Positions 44,964-55,606 of a stretch of DNA of 64,000 nucleotides are shown piece after piece (position 1 is the first letter of the stretch; every line of letters begins with the position of its first letter). The DNA comes from a virus. Taxonomy: Duplodnaviria > Caudoviricetes. The notes beneath the pieces are model-generated. The model made no database searches. It saw nothing but the letters and a program-made list of their open reading frames with translations, and was not told where the DNA came from. Location: the IMG/VR virus record IMGVR_UViG_3300032294_001427, positions 54 to 64,053 of that record, one strand, 5' to 3'. The position numbers and the translations under genes are program-made.

Positions 44964-47900
44964 TTAGTAGAAGACCAACTGGCGGAATGTTTCAACGGCA
45001 GCGTGTCGGTTGAACCAGAGATACTTCAATCCATCAATTGTCTTGAAGATTTCCATTCTGTTACCAACACCAGCAGTACCCGCAACATATGGAGCCAATC
45101 CAGCACCATAGACCATGTTGGTGTTTAGATCGAGATAATACACGCGGTTTGTAACGTCTCTTGTGAAGTAGATTCTATCTAGACCGTCGTAAGCAAACAT
45201 TGAACCAGAACCCAACAATTCGAAGTTTGGCGTGATAGATGTAAAGTAGAACAGATCATTTGTTAGATCGATTTTATCAACACCAATCGCCGTTGCGCCT
45301 CTGAAGCGGAATAGATTTCTTCCTCTATTTGCAGGGACGCTAGAATTTGGTGTCCATCTCACGTGAGAACCAGCACCTGGAACAATAGTTGGTAGGATCA
45401 TGTAGGTAGATGTACCAGAACCAGGGGCAGTTGCAGTACCAAACGCCAAGTTACCAGTTGATGGTGTAACGCCTGTAATTGTTAGGTCTTGGTTAAACCC
45501 TGTTGACGAGACCACGCGAAGACGCCTGTTGGTTAGACCGTTTGCAGACCAAGCAGTAAACGTTATAGCACCAGAAACAGCACTTGTCAGTGCAGTATCA
45601 ATGGTAATCGTTGTTGTACCAGCACCACCGACCACTCTTGCACCAGCAGGAATACCAGTGCCAGATACAAACCATCCATTATGAATTGGTGAACCAATTG
45701 CTGAGATGGTAAATGTAAATTGACCCGCACCACCACCAGATCCTGTAGCAGTTGCCCAGAATGAATTGGTATCTATCAGGAATGTTGTTCCTTGTGTACC
45801 CAATGCCACACCAGAAAGATAAGAAAGATTCTGTCCAGCATAGTGCTGACCAATCATATCTCTTTTAGTAACAACGTAGCGAGAAACACCCGCAACAACG
45901 GCTGGTAGAGCAGCCAATGGCGTCATAATTGTACCATTGTTTACGTTTTGCGATGCCAACTGCATAGCAGTGTTACCAACAACGAGTAAACCAGTAGCAG
46001 CGTTTGCTGGTGCTGATGATGTCGCATAAATCATTGCTGGGGCTTGAGTTGGTGCATAGAATGTAATCGTTCCGCTAGGAGTGCCAGCATGAGGCGTCGA
46101 TACAATAATGGTGCTTGTCCCTTCACCAGAAACAACGCGAGCACCATTACCAATATTTGTGCCCGAAACAAACCAATCTCTAATATATGTTGGTGTATTG
46201 GCAGTAAATGTGATTGCTGTTGAATTAGCATTCGAACTATATGTTACTGTGTTTGGTAGAAGATTATTTACTGGATGACTGAACGTAATAGTACCAGAAG
46301 GAGCACCAGCACACTGTATTGAGAATGCGGGAGTCGTTGTTCCTTCACCACCAGTTACATAAGCACCTAGACCAATATTAGTACCCGTTGCCAGCCAACC
46401 TTTCACATAGGCTGGAACAGTGCCTGACATTGTCGCGTTGAATACACCAGAACCACCACCAGAGGAGAAGGTTGCTGTTACTGGTCTTGGCCACTTGGTA
46501 AACACAATAGTACCCGATGGAGCACCAGCACCAGTTAGATTGAAGGTGAGTGTTGTAGTACCTGCACCACTTCGAACCTGTGCACCAGCCGCTACGTTAG
46601 TACCATAAGCATACCAACCATTGATGTTAGATGGTGTAGCGCGAGCAAATGTAACTGTAGTTGTCGAACCACCAGTTGCAAGATCAGCAAAGTGCTTCGA
46701 AGCGTCTGGTAGAACAGAAACACCAACTGTCACGTTTTCTGATAATTGATAAGTACCAGATCCTGCTGCGTTTGGTGTATAGGTGAACGTTGTTGAAGAT
46801 GGAACTGTAGTAATCTGCACCTTACCAGTGATGTTGTAAACGTCGGCAGCAGCGGATGTCACACCACGAATAGAGACCCATTGACCAACTTCAAATTGGT
46901 GAGCCTGTGCGGTTGTTGCAGTAATTGTTGTTGTACCAGTAAAACCAGTAATTGCTGTAGGTCGTTGCTCATATACAACATGTGTTGCTGTTGATGTACC
47001 ATCTACAGGGATTGCACATGCTGCCTGAACAACACCTTCGTCAAGAACACGACCATGAGAAAGAAGATCACTTCCGTTTAGACGGTATTGGAACGTCTCA
47101 GCATTAGCGCCGAGAGAGAAAATCATATCTTCAGTCCATGCCTGAATGACATAGATTGACGTACTGTCTGGCTGAACGTTCCATGAGTCATAAACAACGA
47201 GACTGTCTAGACCGTTGCTCATAATCTGACGCATTTGCCCGTCGCCTGTTCCAGCGATGATACGAACAGCATAGTTTGCCCAGCGATTTACTTCCCAATT
47301 TTTGCTCGTATCTGTAACAATACGACCACTTGATGATGTGAGTGTCCCAGCGTCATATCCAACAATATTATATCGGCTGGTTGAGTTGAGAGCAGTTCCA
47401 AGTGTATTTGAGAAAGTTAGAACTGTACCAGTATTATTGGCAATAGATGCTAATTGTGCTCTACCCGTACCAGTCCAGATAAATGCATAGTATCCAGACC
47501 ACTCATTCGTTCTCCAATTCGAAGTAGAATCAGTGAGAGAAGTATTAGACCCTGATGTTGCTTTTCCTGTATACCAAATACTTGAGTTTTCAGTAAATCT
47601 TTCTAGCGAAGCATCGGTAGCAGCAGCAGGAACCATACCGTTGTTTATTGATTTAGCATACCAGATATCTTCTAGTACGCTATAGTATTGCATTGTAACA
47701 CCACCAGATGCAACAGCAGCACCAGATAGCAAGTAAATACCACCAGACTGAATTACATAGCGTGATGTGCTATCTGGTTCAATAGTCCATGGAGTATCAA
47801 CTGTCATTACAGATGCTTCAATCTGATATTGAGTACCGATAGCAGTTGTTGCCATACCGATAGCACCAGCAGTTGGAGACATTGGTGCGCAATTTGGATC

Positions 47901-48512
47901 CCAGCCATAAAGGTTAAGGTCAGCAATAGTCAAAACAGTTGCTGAGTTATAGAGAATCTTACGAACTGCGTTAAGACCAGTACCACCCGTTGTTCTTACA
48001 ACGTAGCCAATCCAGTTATTGAATGTCCATGCTTTAGCAGCATCAGTGATGTTAACAAGTGATGCGGTTGACACACCACCCCAGTCTGCTACGGTTGGTT
48101 CTGAAACATTGGTAATAATTCTTTCCTGACCCGCACCTCTACCAGAGATAATACGAATTCTAAATCCAACAGCAGAGTTGTTGGGTAGACCAGTTGTAAT
48201 CGTATTTGAGGTTGCACTGACTACGCGACCAAAATAACCTTGCGCACCAGCAAACTGCATCGATGATGCAGTCAGCGGCGTGATACCTGGAGACGCTAAC
48301 TGCAGATACGTATCAGATACGGTATCATAACGCCAAAAGTTTGTGGCGTTGAGTAGCATGTAGATATATCGACCAGAAATTTCATTAAAGTCTGTGTTAT
48401 CTGCATTACATACGCAGGATAGACCAGCAGTTGGAGCAATAGGAAGAGGGCGAGTCCATTCCCATACTGGTAGGTCAACTTGCTTTGTTAATTTGTTTGC
48501 TGTTAGTCCCAT
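44964..48512 (-). CDS. Large Thr/Gly-rich fibre/adhesin protein
   Basis: Repeats RIIxGxGxGQ and GWxxxGTNIxxGAxVxxGxGTTT; propeller-like termini. Confidence 0.7.
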   Translation of the reverse strand: MGLTANKLTKQVDLPVWEWTRPLPIAPTAGLSCVCNADNTDFNEISGRYIYMLLNATNFWRYDTVSDTYLQLASPGITPLTASSMQFAGAQGYFGRVVSATSNTITTGLPNNSAVGFRIRIISGRGAGQERIITNVSEPTVADWGGVSTASLVNITDAAKAWTFNNWIGYVVRTTGGTGLNAVRKILYNSATVLTIADLNLYGWDPNCAPMSPTAGAIGMATTAIGTQYQIEASVMTVDTPWTIEPDSTSRYVIQSGGIYLLSGAAVASGGVTMQYYSVLEDIWYAKSINNGMVPAAATDASLERFTENSSIWYTGKATSGSNTSLTDSTSNWRTNEWSGYYAFIWTGTGRAQLASIANNTGTVLTFSNTLGTALNSTSRYNIVGYDAGTLTSSSGRIVTDTSKNWEVNRWANYAVRIIAGTGDGQMRQIMSNGLDSLVVYDSWNVQPDSTSIYVIQAWTEDMIFSLGANAETFQYRLNGSDLLSHGRVLDEGVVQAACAIPVDGTSTATHVVYEQRPTAITGFTGTTTITATTAQAHQFEVGQWVSIRGVTSAAADVYNITGKVQITTVPSSTTFTYTPNAAGSGTYQLSENVTVGVSVLPDASKHFADLATGGSTTTVTFARATPSNINGWYAYGTNVAAGAQVRSGAGTTTLTFNLTGAGAPSGTIVFTKWPRPVTATFSSGGGSGVFNATMSGTVPAYVKGWLATGTNIGLGAYVTGGEGTTTPAFSIQCAGAPSGTITFSHPVNNLLPNTVTYSSNANSTAITFTANTPTYIRDWFVSGTNIGNGARVVSGEGTSTIIVSTPHAGTPSGTITFYAPTQAPAMIYATSSAPANAATGLLVVGNTAMQLASQNVNNGTIMTPLAALPAVVAGVSRYVVTKRDMIGQHYAGQNLSYLSGVALGTQGTTFLIDTNSFWATATGSGGGAGQFTFTISAIGSPIHNGWFVSGTGIPAGARVVGGAGTTTITIDTALTSAVSGAITFTAWSANGLTNRRLRVVSSTGFNQDLTITGVTPSTGNLAFGTATAPGSGTSTYMILPTIVPGAGSHVRWTPNSSVPANRGRNLFRFRGATAIGVDKIDLTNDLFYFTSITPNFELLGSGSMFAYDGLDRIYFTRDVTNRVYYLDLNTNMVYGAGLAPYVAGTAGVGNRMEIFKTIDGLKYLWFNRHAAVETFRQLVFY

Positions 48513-48527
48513 CGATATAATCCTCTA

Positions 48528-48881
48528 TTAAGCAAAAGTTAATTGCTGTCTAATACCTGTATTGTATGCTGTTCTTGCTGGATCCGCTAGAATCTGCTGG
48601 TTCCAACCGAATAAACCTGCTAAGTTGCTGACTGTAGTTACTGTTGTTACTCCTGTTACTGCTGTTACTGCTGTTACTGTACCAACTGTAGTGACTGTGC
48701 CGAGAGTCACTGATGCTGCTATAGCATCAAGTGTAATTCTTTGGCGCTGCTGCGGGTCAACTGCTTGTTGATTTTCTAGAATTTTAGCAATTCTACGCAA
48801 TAAAACAATTGATTCTTCTGATGCTGGATTGATTACTAAATCTTTCTCATCAGTAAGTTGTGTCTGTTCAAGATATGCCAT
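48528..48881 (-). CDS. Hypothetical virion protein with VT repeats
   Basis: TVTTVGTVTAVTAV. Confidence 0.6.
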   Translation of the reverse strand: MAYLEQTQLTDEKDLVINPASEESIVLLRRIAKILENQQAVDPQQRQRITLDAIAASVTLGTVTTVGTVTAVTAVTGVTTVTTVSNLAGLFGWNQQILADPARTAYNTGIRQQLTFA

Positions 48882-48913
48882 TTACTTACCTTCGCTGCGT
48901 TTCCGTTCTTAGT

Positions 48914-48921
48914 TATTTATA
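48914..48921 (-). promoter_or_regulatory. T4-type late promoter TATAAATA
   Basis: Exact consensus in the intergenic gap. Confidence 0.7.
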
Positions 48922-48930
48922 CTTTTTCAA

Positions 48931-49986
48931 TTATATAACTATAAATTTGGTTCCGTTTGCAATCAATCTCACCGAAGAATTTGTATACTTTAAGATCAAG
49001 TTAGTGTCACTATTTATCAACTGAGAATTGATGGTCTGTAGGGTCATAGTATCAGATCCAAAATTTTGGAAATAATAACTCTTGACGCCAATAGCGTCTG
49101 GAAGGGTTATCGTAATTGGTATAGTGGCGATACTAATCACCATGTCTTCTACGGCAGACATGGTGTAGTCAGAAGAAACAGTTACAAAACTGGTGACTTG
49201 ACCGCCGCTGCTGCCAGGGACGCCTTGGATGCCCTGAATACCTTGAACGCTCTGTATTCCTTGAATACCCTGAATACCAAACGGACCCTGAATTCCAGTG
49301 GCACCCTGAGAACCCGTATCACCTTTATCGCCAGTACGAACAAACGATACAACGACATTAATGTTATTCGCAAAAGATGTCACCGAACCGTGCGTGAACG
49401 CTACTGGAACATTAAAGTGATCGGCGTCGTGAGCATGGGATCCTACGATATTAAAGAAGGAGTAATTTGCGACGTTGGAAAACTCGCTGACTCGAATTTG
49501 ACCTTTGATTGCTGACGTTGAGTCATCGATCAACTGTAAATAATTAAAAGAATTTGAGCCTAAACGATCATCGAAACTAATATACATCATTGTCGATGTA
49601 TTAAATGGCGCAGTGTTAAACTTAACAATCCCTGGCGTCAAATTTACGGGATCGTCAGTCGTGTCTTCAAACACATAATCAAATGCCGCACCACCGAATG
49701 ATCCAATTGTTCCCTGAAGACCGATCAACCCCTGGACGCCCTGTGTTCCTTGAACACCTTGGGTGCCTTGGGTGCCTTGGACGCCTTGAATACCCTGAAC
49801 GCTCTGTATACCCTGTATACCTTGCACGCCGCCATATGATAGAAGATTCCAAGGAGTAACACCGTCACCCATCTTAAACAGGTCGGTGTTTGACTCAATA
49901 CCCATTTCACCATCAGCAAGGACGGTGTTTGCACTAGACCACTCGGTTGAAGTGCCTCTACGAAATTGAAATTGAATATTTGGCAT
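48931..49986 (-). CDS. Collagen-like fibre with Mtd-type N-terminal domain
   Basis: [27 protein letters not shown]; GxQ repeats. Confidence 0.8.
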   Translation of the reverse strand: MPNIQFQFRRGTSTEWSSANTVLADGEMGIESNTDLFKMGDGVTPWNLLSYGGVQGIQGIQSVQGIQGVQGTQGTQGVQGTQGVQGLIGLQGTIGSFGGAAFDYVFEDTTDDPVNLTPGIVKFNTAPFNTSTMMYISFDDRLGSNSFNYLQLIDDSTSAIKGQIRVSEFSNVANYSFFNIVGSHAHDADHFNVPVAFTHGSVTSFANNINVVVSFVRTGDKGDTGSQGATGIQGPFGIQGIQGIQSVQGIQGIQGVPGSSGGQVTSFVTVSSDYTMSAVEDMVISIATIPITITLPDAIGVKSYYFQNFGSDTMTLQTINSQLINSDTNLILKYTNSSVRLIANGTKFIVI

Positions 49987-50186
49987 TAATTTACTCCGCC
50001 ACAATCAAATGCTGGCCCACCCGAATAATCGGTAAACGGCGTGCCACCGTCAAATATATAGGCTGTTATAACTTGCGCACCCTGAATACCTTGAGTACCC
50101 TGAACACCTTGAGGTCCAACACGAGTGTTGTCGGTAACTACCGTAATATTTGGTGGAGGTATTACGCTTACGACTAAATCAGACAT
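49986..50186 (-). CDS. Short collagen-like protein
   Basis: [10 protein letters not shown]; DGG motifs. Confidence 0.6.
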   Translation of the reverse strand: MSDLVVSVIPPPNITVVTDNTRVGPQGVQGTQGIQGAQVITAYIFDGGTPFTDYSGGPAFDCGGVN

Positions 50187-50595
50187 TTCTTGTCACTTCT
50201 CCGTAAACGATTACATCGCCATACAGGATTTTTCTAACGTCGGTTCCATTAATAAGTTCCAAGTCATACACATACTTGGACTTCGGAATCTTTACCGTCT
50301 CAGTGTCAGACAACTTAACGGACGCCAGAGTACTCAAATCAACTTCTATGTTTGCTGTTCTGTCTGCAGTCAGTTCTAACTGCATCTCTCCATTAGCCGC
50401 ATCGGTGATTACGATTTCGCCGTTGCTTGTAGTCAGGGTTTCTTCGGGTGGATCTGCATCATATGCTGAACGAATCTGCATTCTGGCAGACTGACCCGTA
50501 ATATTTTGGGGTGTGCTATTAGCATAGGTCACGCGAACCGTTAAGCCGAAGGTGGATCCTTGCCATATAGAAATGTTGTATCTGTTTTCTAGCAT
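50179..50595 (-). CDS. Baseplate/fibre adaptor-like protein
   Basis: IWQGSTF..ARMQIR..YVYDLEL. Confidence 0.65.
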   Translation of the reverse strand: MLENRYNISIWQGSTFGLTVRVTYANSTPQNITGQSARMQIRSAYDADPPEETLTTSNGEIVITDAANGEMQLELTADRTANIEVDLSTLASVKLSDTETVKIPKSKYVYDLELINGTDVRKILYGDVIVYGEVTRNV

Positions 50596-50623
50596 TTAGA
50601 GAGCATCTCGTTTTCTATATTTA

Positions 50624-51793
50624 TCAAACAACAAACCCTGGCTTGTACACAGTTTTTCCGCCCACGGTTACGGCTGTCAATTTTTGTTTTCTATTGGTTC
50701 CCGTTGCTGTGTAAGAAGCGTGAACCCACCCAGAATTTGGCCCTTCTTTTGGGTCATAGAACTCCAAAATACATTGATCAAATTCGCAATTCTCGGTCAC
50801 CCACTTTGCGAGTTCTGGGTTTGGGAGTCCATCGATTTCAAAATCCACCGCCTCACCATTACAGTGTTGAGACTTGCTAGAACCACCAACAGCAGCGTTA
50901 AGAGCAGGACCGCGATAACCAGAATTAATCCGAATAGGCTTGTTGAAATGACGACGAACAGGCTCAAGTATTTTTTCACAGACGTTTTTAAGGTTTTGAG
51001 CATGTTGCGCATTCGGAGTGTTATCTATACGCTTACGAATTGCAGTTTCAGATTTCGTAAACTCTTTTAGATTGAAATGCTCAGACAACTGCATATCTGG
51101 CGTCACCGCTCCAATTGGCGCAACGGGTGTCTTGACAACAGGCGTTGGTGTTGGAGCAGCGACTGGTTTGACTGTTGGTGCACTTAATTGGCTGAAGTAC
51201 GTTTTCGTCTTAGCCTTGCGATCTTCCAAGCCGTGTGTGCCACCATTAACTTTCTTAGTAAGGGATAAAATCGTAGCATCATTCACTCCTTGATCACAGA
51301 TGCTCCATAGTTTGTTTCGTTCGAAAAAAAACATCGCAGATTCAAATGCAAGTTCAGTTGCAACCAAATCTGGGTTTGTCATGACATCTGGGCGTTTGCA
51401 GTAGTCAGCAAATGCTTTGTAGTTATCTTTGCCCGTCAACTGAAGAGCACCGCGCCCGCGATACTTCCACCCATCACCAGAATTTTCTGGACCATTGCCC
51501 ATACGACTTGCGTATACACGATTTGCAATGGCTTGTGGGTTGCGTTCGTATTTCTTTGCCGTGGCTTGATCTGGGAAATACTTTTTGAATACACCCATCA
51601 AACCCTGTGCAGAATAGTTCAAGTTTTCGGTGAATGTCTTGAATCCACCAGTCTCGTGTGCAGTCTGTCCAAAGAAATGAGCAGCGCGGGTGGGTGTCAT
51701 TTTGTAGTAAGCGGCAGCGACACGGAGCGTATTAACACCCCAGTTGCCGTCTGCCGTAACACCAATTTTTTCTTGAAGCGCCTTCAAACTCAT
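50624..51793 (-). CDS. Endolysin: GH19 plus peptidase M15A
   Basis: AHETGGF, ENLNYS, YRGRG, NGGTHGL; SGYR..SQH..GEAVD..WVHASY. Confidence 0.9.
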   Translation of the reverse strand: MSLKALQEKIGVTADGNWGVNTLRVAAAYYKMTPTRAAHFFGQTAHETGGFKTFTENLNYSAQGLMGVFKKYFPDQATAKKYERNPQAIANRVYASRMGNGPENSGDGWKYRGRGALQLTGKDNYKAFADYCKRPDVMTNPDLVATELAFESAMFFFERNKLWSICDQGVNDATILSLTKKVNGGTHGLEDRKAKTKTYFSQLSAPTVKPVAAPTPTPVVKTPVAPIGAVTPDMQLSEHFNLKEFTKSETAIRKRIDNTPNAQHAQNLKNVCEKILEPVRRHFNKPIRINSGYRGPALNAAVGGSSKSQHCNGEAVDFEIDGLPNPELAKWVTENCEFDQCILEFYDPKEGPNSGWVHASYTATGTNRKQKLTAVTVGGKTVYKPGFVV

Positions 51794-51801
51794 GGATCAC
51801 C

Positions 51802-52137
51802 TTACGCGATATGATCTTCAATTTCTTCGACCACTTGCTCCATTGGCTTTTCTGGTGCTGGTGGTGGCAAAGTTTCTTCCTTCTTTTCTTCTTTCTTTTC
51901 GTCGGTTTTGCCTAGCATGATGCCCGATAGAATACCAGTCAAGAAGGTTGCAATAGGAGTGATCAACTCAAAGAATTTAGCATCATTTGGCGACTGCGTC
52001 ATAGGCTGGGTCACAAAGATGAGTGAGAACAGCACCACAAACACAATACCCGCTAGAGTTGCTGCGAGCACTAAACCCACACCAAACTTCAATCGAGCCA
52101 TCAATTCCGCTTCAGTATAACGAGGACCATTAAACAT
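51802..52137 (-). CDS. Two-TM membrane protein (holin candidate)
   Basis: Two hydrophobic helices next to the endolysin. Confidence 0.6.
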   Translation of the reverse strand: MFNGPRYTEAELMARLKFGVGLVLAATLAGIVFVVLFSLIFVTQPMTQSPNDAKFFELITPIATFLTGILSGIMLGKTDEKKEEKKEETLPPPAPEKPMEQVVEEIEDHIA

Positions 52138-52139
52138 AA

Positions 52140-52391
52140 TCATTCTCCTTTCGTTTCGCAATTACAATTAACATCATGTGGTTGATCAGCATTTTCTTGG
52201 ACGGTGGGTTCCTGTTTCGGGGGAAGTCCGTTCAGAGTATCAAAACACTGTCCGCTTTCTTCGCATGCTGGGCGATTGCATTCCGCTTCATCTTTGTTTG
52301 CTGGATCCTGACACGGGTATCGATATGACAAATCGTTACACCCAGACAATGTAAACAGTAAACCAGCGAGAATTAGAGTTGTCTTTCTCAT
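52140..52391 (-). CDS. Lipoprotein
   Basis: Lipobox LSGC; YRYPCQDP. Confidence 0.7.
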   Translation of the reverse strand: MRKTTLILAGLLFTLSGCNDLSYRYPCQDPANKDEAECNRPACEESGQCFDTLNGLPPKQEPTVQENADQPHDVNCNCETKGE

Positions 52392-52618
52392 TTTCCTTTC
52401 CTTAAAGGTTTTAAAGGTTTTAAAGGTTTTAAAGGTTTGCGACGAAACAACGGCAACGGCGCAAGTCTGGGGTCCGATGCTCCAGCAATTGCACCACGGG
52501 TGCTTGATGGCGGACCTTCTGGTGGAACCACCGATGACGATAATCCAGAAGCCGCAATGCCAGCGGCTGACATGAACGTTTCATTTACCGTATTTTTAAA
52601 TTCTTTAAAAGTTTTCAT
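52388..52618 (-). CDS. Small protein with capsid-targeting-like N-terminus
   Basis: MKTFKEFK; KPL repeats. Confidence 0.6.
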   Translation of the reverse strand: MKTFKEFKNTVNETFMSAAGIAASGLSSSVVPPEGPPSSTRGAIAGASDPRLAPLPLFRRKPLKPLKPLKPLRKGK

Positions 52619-52636
52619 TTGATTGTGTGAAAAAGT

Positions 52637-52665
52637 TTGACAAAGATTTGACAAATTGTTATAAT
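52637..52665 (+). promoter_or_regulatory. Perfect-consensus sigma70 promoter, antisense to late genes
   Basis: TTGACA-17-TATAAT. Confidence 0.75.
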
Positions 52666-52694
52666 AACTATGTCTGGAATAATCAAGGGTTAAA

Positions 52695-53081
52695 TCAAAT
52701 ATTTCTTAGGATATCTACCAGTTTCATATCTACTTCAATATCACTAGAAATCACATTAACCCCATCAATGCCTTTAACTATCTTTGGCATTGCTGATGTA
52801 TATAGAAGCAGCGTCTTCAAAGAACTCCAGTCGCGTTTGTCAATCTTTAAAAACAGTATTCTAGTACTCCCTTCTATGCCAAACACATTCTGAACCATCA
52901 CCAAATGGTTCAGAAGCAGTCGTTCTTTCAAAGAACCCGTGATCCTATATCGATTCAGTAATCGTTTGATATACCGAAACTTCTTATAGTCATCATCGAA
53001 TTCACTTTTTATGCAATTTGGTTTTTCGTAACATTTTGCTGCATATAACAAAACATTCTCATCATTCAAATCATCAAACAT
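52695..53081 (-). CDS. Conserved T4-like hypothetical protein
   Basis: YAAKCYEKPNC..EFDDD..YIKRL..LKERLLLNH. Confidence 0.8.
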   Translation of the reverse strand: MFDDLNDENVLLYAAKCYEKPNCIKSEFDDDYKKFRYIKRLLNRYRITGSLKERLLLNHLVMVQNVFGIEGSTRILFLKIDKRDWSSLKTLLLYTSAMPKIVKGIDGVNVISSDIEVDMKLVDILRNI

Positions 53082-53084
53082 ATA

Positions 53085-54008
53085 TTATGCGTATTCGCCA
53101 GAGTTCCCCGCGTCATCGTCGCGTTTACGATACCAGTCTGATGGACGATTTCGAATTGGATCTCTATCCGAGTTCAATACATCATCCATGTCTGCACTCT
53201 TTAAATCGTTCAGTTCTTCTGGTGTAACGATCTGAGCATAACCGTCAACGAATCCGTCATCATTCGTGTCATAGATGATATACAAACTGTGTGGAGTGTC
53301 GTCACCAAAAGAATAGACCATCTCCGCAGACTGATTCATGAAATTTGGTGTTGCTTCTGCTGGAAGTACTATACCAAATCTCTCAAAGCAGCCGCGCAAC
53401 TGAAGTAGGAATAGAGGAGCGTTTTGATATGGCTTCTCTGTCAACTTATCTAAAGTTGAATTGATTTCATCAACGTTTTTGCCTAAAACGCAAACGTCTG
53501 TATCAATAGTCTGGTCTTCCAACATCTCCGCGATAAAATCTTTGAACTTTTTTGTCTTGTGTTGTCCGTCCATTTTTCCATCTATCCATTTTCTGCTCAT
53601 TGTGTCAAGATGTGTTCGTAAAATATCCATGGCACGCTCCAGTGCCCGCCGCTCGGGGCGTCCGTCTCGTCCCCCCATCCTAGCGTGCAAAGCATTCATC
53701 TGGTCGTGAATCTTCCAAATATTTGGGCCTTCGTCTTTCTCATATTTTCTAGGCCCACGAATATTGCGATTACCGCTTTCGTCTTGTTCCATGATATTTC
53801 CTTTGCGAATTTTAAGTCCTTTGACAGTTCTTGCTATATTTAGCACAGTTCGTCCAGCGGGACTCGATGGAGTTGTTTTGGGTTTATCTGGAGATGGATC
53901 TGGCTTCGGATCCAAATCTACAACTGGAGTAGGAGTGACTTGAATTCTGTCACCCCCACTCTTATTCGGCTTAGAGTTATCTTTTGGTTTATTGTTATGC
54001 TGGCTCAT
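53085..54008 (-). CDS. Modular putative head protein
   Basis: Internal KKFKDFIAE; acidic C-domain. Confidence 0.6.
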   Translation of the reverse strand: MSQHNNKPKDNSKPNKSGGDRIQVTPTPVVDLDPKPDPSPDKPKTTPSSPAGRTVLNIARTVKGLKIRKGNIMEQDESGNRNIRGPRKYEKDEGPNIWKIHDQMNALHARMGGRDGRPERRALERAMDILRTHLDTMSRKWIDGKMDGQHKTKKFKDFIAEMLEDQTIDTDVCVLGKNVDEINSTLDKLTEKPYQNAPLFLLQLRGCFERFGIVLPAEATPNFMNQSAEMVYSFGDDTPHSLYIIYDTNDDGFVDGYAQIVTPEELNDLKSADMDDVLNSDRDPIRNRPSDWYRKRDDDAGNSGEYA

Positions 54009-55605
54009 ATCTATGCCCTGGCTTTAACTTCTGCGCTGTTTTTAGATTTGGATATCTTCCAACCAATTTTCCATTTTCATCGAATGCAAGCACTGCTTGA
54101 TTTGGTGGTAAAGTGCCCGCCTGTCTATTATCGAAACGGGCGTTTCTGGCGGCTTCAAGTTCTGTATCTAAAATTCTTCGAGCAATTTGTTGTTGCGATG
54201 GGAGTAATGGGAGTAATGCCTCGCTAACTGGTTCCCCAGTCACACGTACTTCTGCATTTTTACCTCGATTGAGAAGTGTTTGTGCCGCTCGTCGGGCAGA
54301 GTGCAAATCACCAAATACCTTCCATCTTCTGCCATCGATATGGACGGAGTAATTGTTTCCCCCTTCACCCCCCAACTCAGCCGCAAGTTCCCCATACTTA
54401 AATTTGTTAAACCCCGCTCTAATATTATTGTCATTTTGGGATTCTTTCATCGGGGAACTATACATTTCTCGATACCAGTCTGGTGTGCCATTCTGTCTTC
54501 TCCAGTGAAGCACGGTGGACGCATCATTCACCTGATCCAAATATTTGTTTTCTGCATTCGAGTCAAGACCTTTCATTGATCGAGCGGCTTCAGCAGCATC
54601 TTTCGCGATAAATCTCAGTTCTGCATCTGATTTTCTGTGATATTCATGACCTTCCAGTGGATGACGCTGGCCTTCAGATGCCGATTGTCCGCCACTCAAA
54701 ACACGATGAATTGCACGTGCCTCTCTGCCACTAATCTTTCGACCACCACGGTTTGAAGATGCAATTGCTTTATTGACCGCAGTCTCATCGTATGCTTCGT
54801 TCATTTCGTTTGAATCGTGGTGGCGTTTCAATGCGGCTAATACATCATCACCAAATTGTCTTTTGACTGCAGCGTAAGCAATTTCTCGTGCTGATTTGGA
54901 GTCAAGAACTGTTTTAGTATTCTTGGCATATGTCTTAGCATAAAGTTCTCTGGCGGCAAATGGTAATACAGTTTCTTCATTCAATTTGGCAAATGCATCT
55001 TTCGCTTCCTCCCATGTGGAATGGGTGGAAACAGTTTTAGATGGACCGCATTTAGGGGCATATTCACGAATAGTGTACATCCCAGTCTCGGGATCTTTTC
55101 GACTTAGGGTGTATGCTTCTTTGAGTCCATCTGTGCGTGCTGCGGATTGTACAGTTCCTCTTGGGTTTGATGATTTCATCTCATCAATTTGCTCGACTTC
55201 TTCTGCCACATTTTTCCCGTTTATTCTAGCAATGTGGGCTTCTGCCTGATCGATTGTGTTAAATGATCTTAATCCCGTAGTTACCCAGTACTTATCTCCT
55301 CTGATAGTATCATGCTTGAATTCTTGAACCTGAACTGTGGGTTTTTTCGTGTTTATCATCATATGCGCCCTCACGGTTCCCACTTCTGGTTCAACATATT
55401 CGGGGCTTTCCATCAAAACCTTTGGCTGAACCACCTTGGCTTCACGGATCAAGTAACCAAGAGCGCGTTGCTGATTTGCAGCACGATTTAATGCTTCTTG
55501 CTCATTGCGTGCTTCAACTAATCGTGTAATTGTATCGACACGACGACGAAGCGAAACGTGTTCGTGAGCGGGATTGGTGTATGAGATTTGTACTTGGTAT
55601 TTCAT
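53995..55605 (-). CDS. Modular putative head polyprotein
   Basis: Modules bounded by LME, EEVEQIDE, LKE, LNE, MNE, MKE, VSE. Confidence 0.6.
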   Translation of the reverse strand: MKYQVQISYTNPAHEHVSLRRRVDTITRLVEARNEQEALNRAANQQRALGYLIREAKVVQPKVLMESPEYVEPEVGTVRAHMMINTKKPTVQVQEFKHDTIRGDKYWVTTGLRSFNTIDQAEAHIARINGKNVAEEVEQIDEMKSSNPRGTVQSAARTDGLKEAYTLSRKDPETGMYTIREYAPKCGPSKTVSTHSTWEEAKDAFAKLNEETVLPFAARELYAKTYAKNTKTVLDSKSAREIAYAAVKRQFGDDVLAALKRHHDSNEMNEAYDETAVNKAIASSNRGGRKISGREARAIHRVLSGGQSASEGQRHPLEGHEYHRKSDAELRFIAKDAAEAARSMKGLDSNAENKYLDQVNDASTVLHWRRQNGTPDWYREMYSSPMKESQNDNNIRAGFNKFKYGELAAELGGEGGNNYSVHIDGRRWKVFGDLHSARRAAQTLLNRGKNAEVRVTGEPVSEALLPLLPSQQQIARRILDTELEAARNARFDNRQAGTLPPNQAVLAFDENGKLVGRYPNLKTAQKLKPGHRYEPA

Positions 55606-55606
55606 T

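Noticed and set aside
48931-49986. Diversity-generating retroelement suggested by the Mtd-type domain
   Set aside because: No reverse transcriptase or TR/VR pair is seen; the N-terminal domain is a common fibre anchor
52402-52438. 9-bp tandem repeat TTAAAGGTT x4
   Set aside because: In-frame KPL repeat; it cannot cause phase variation
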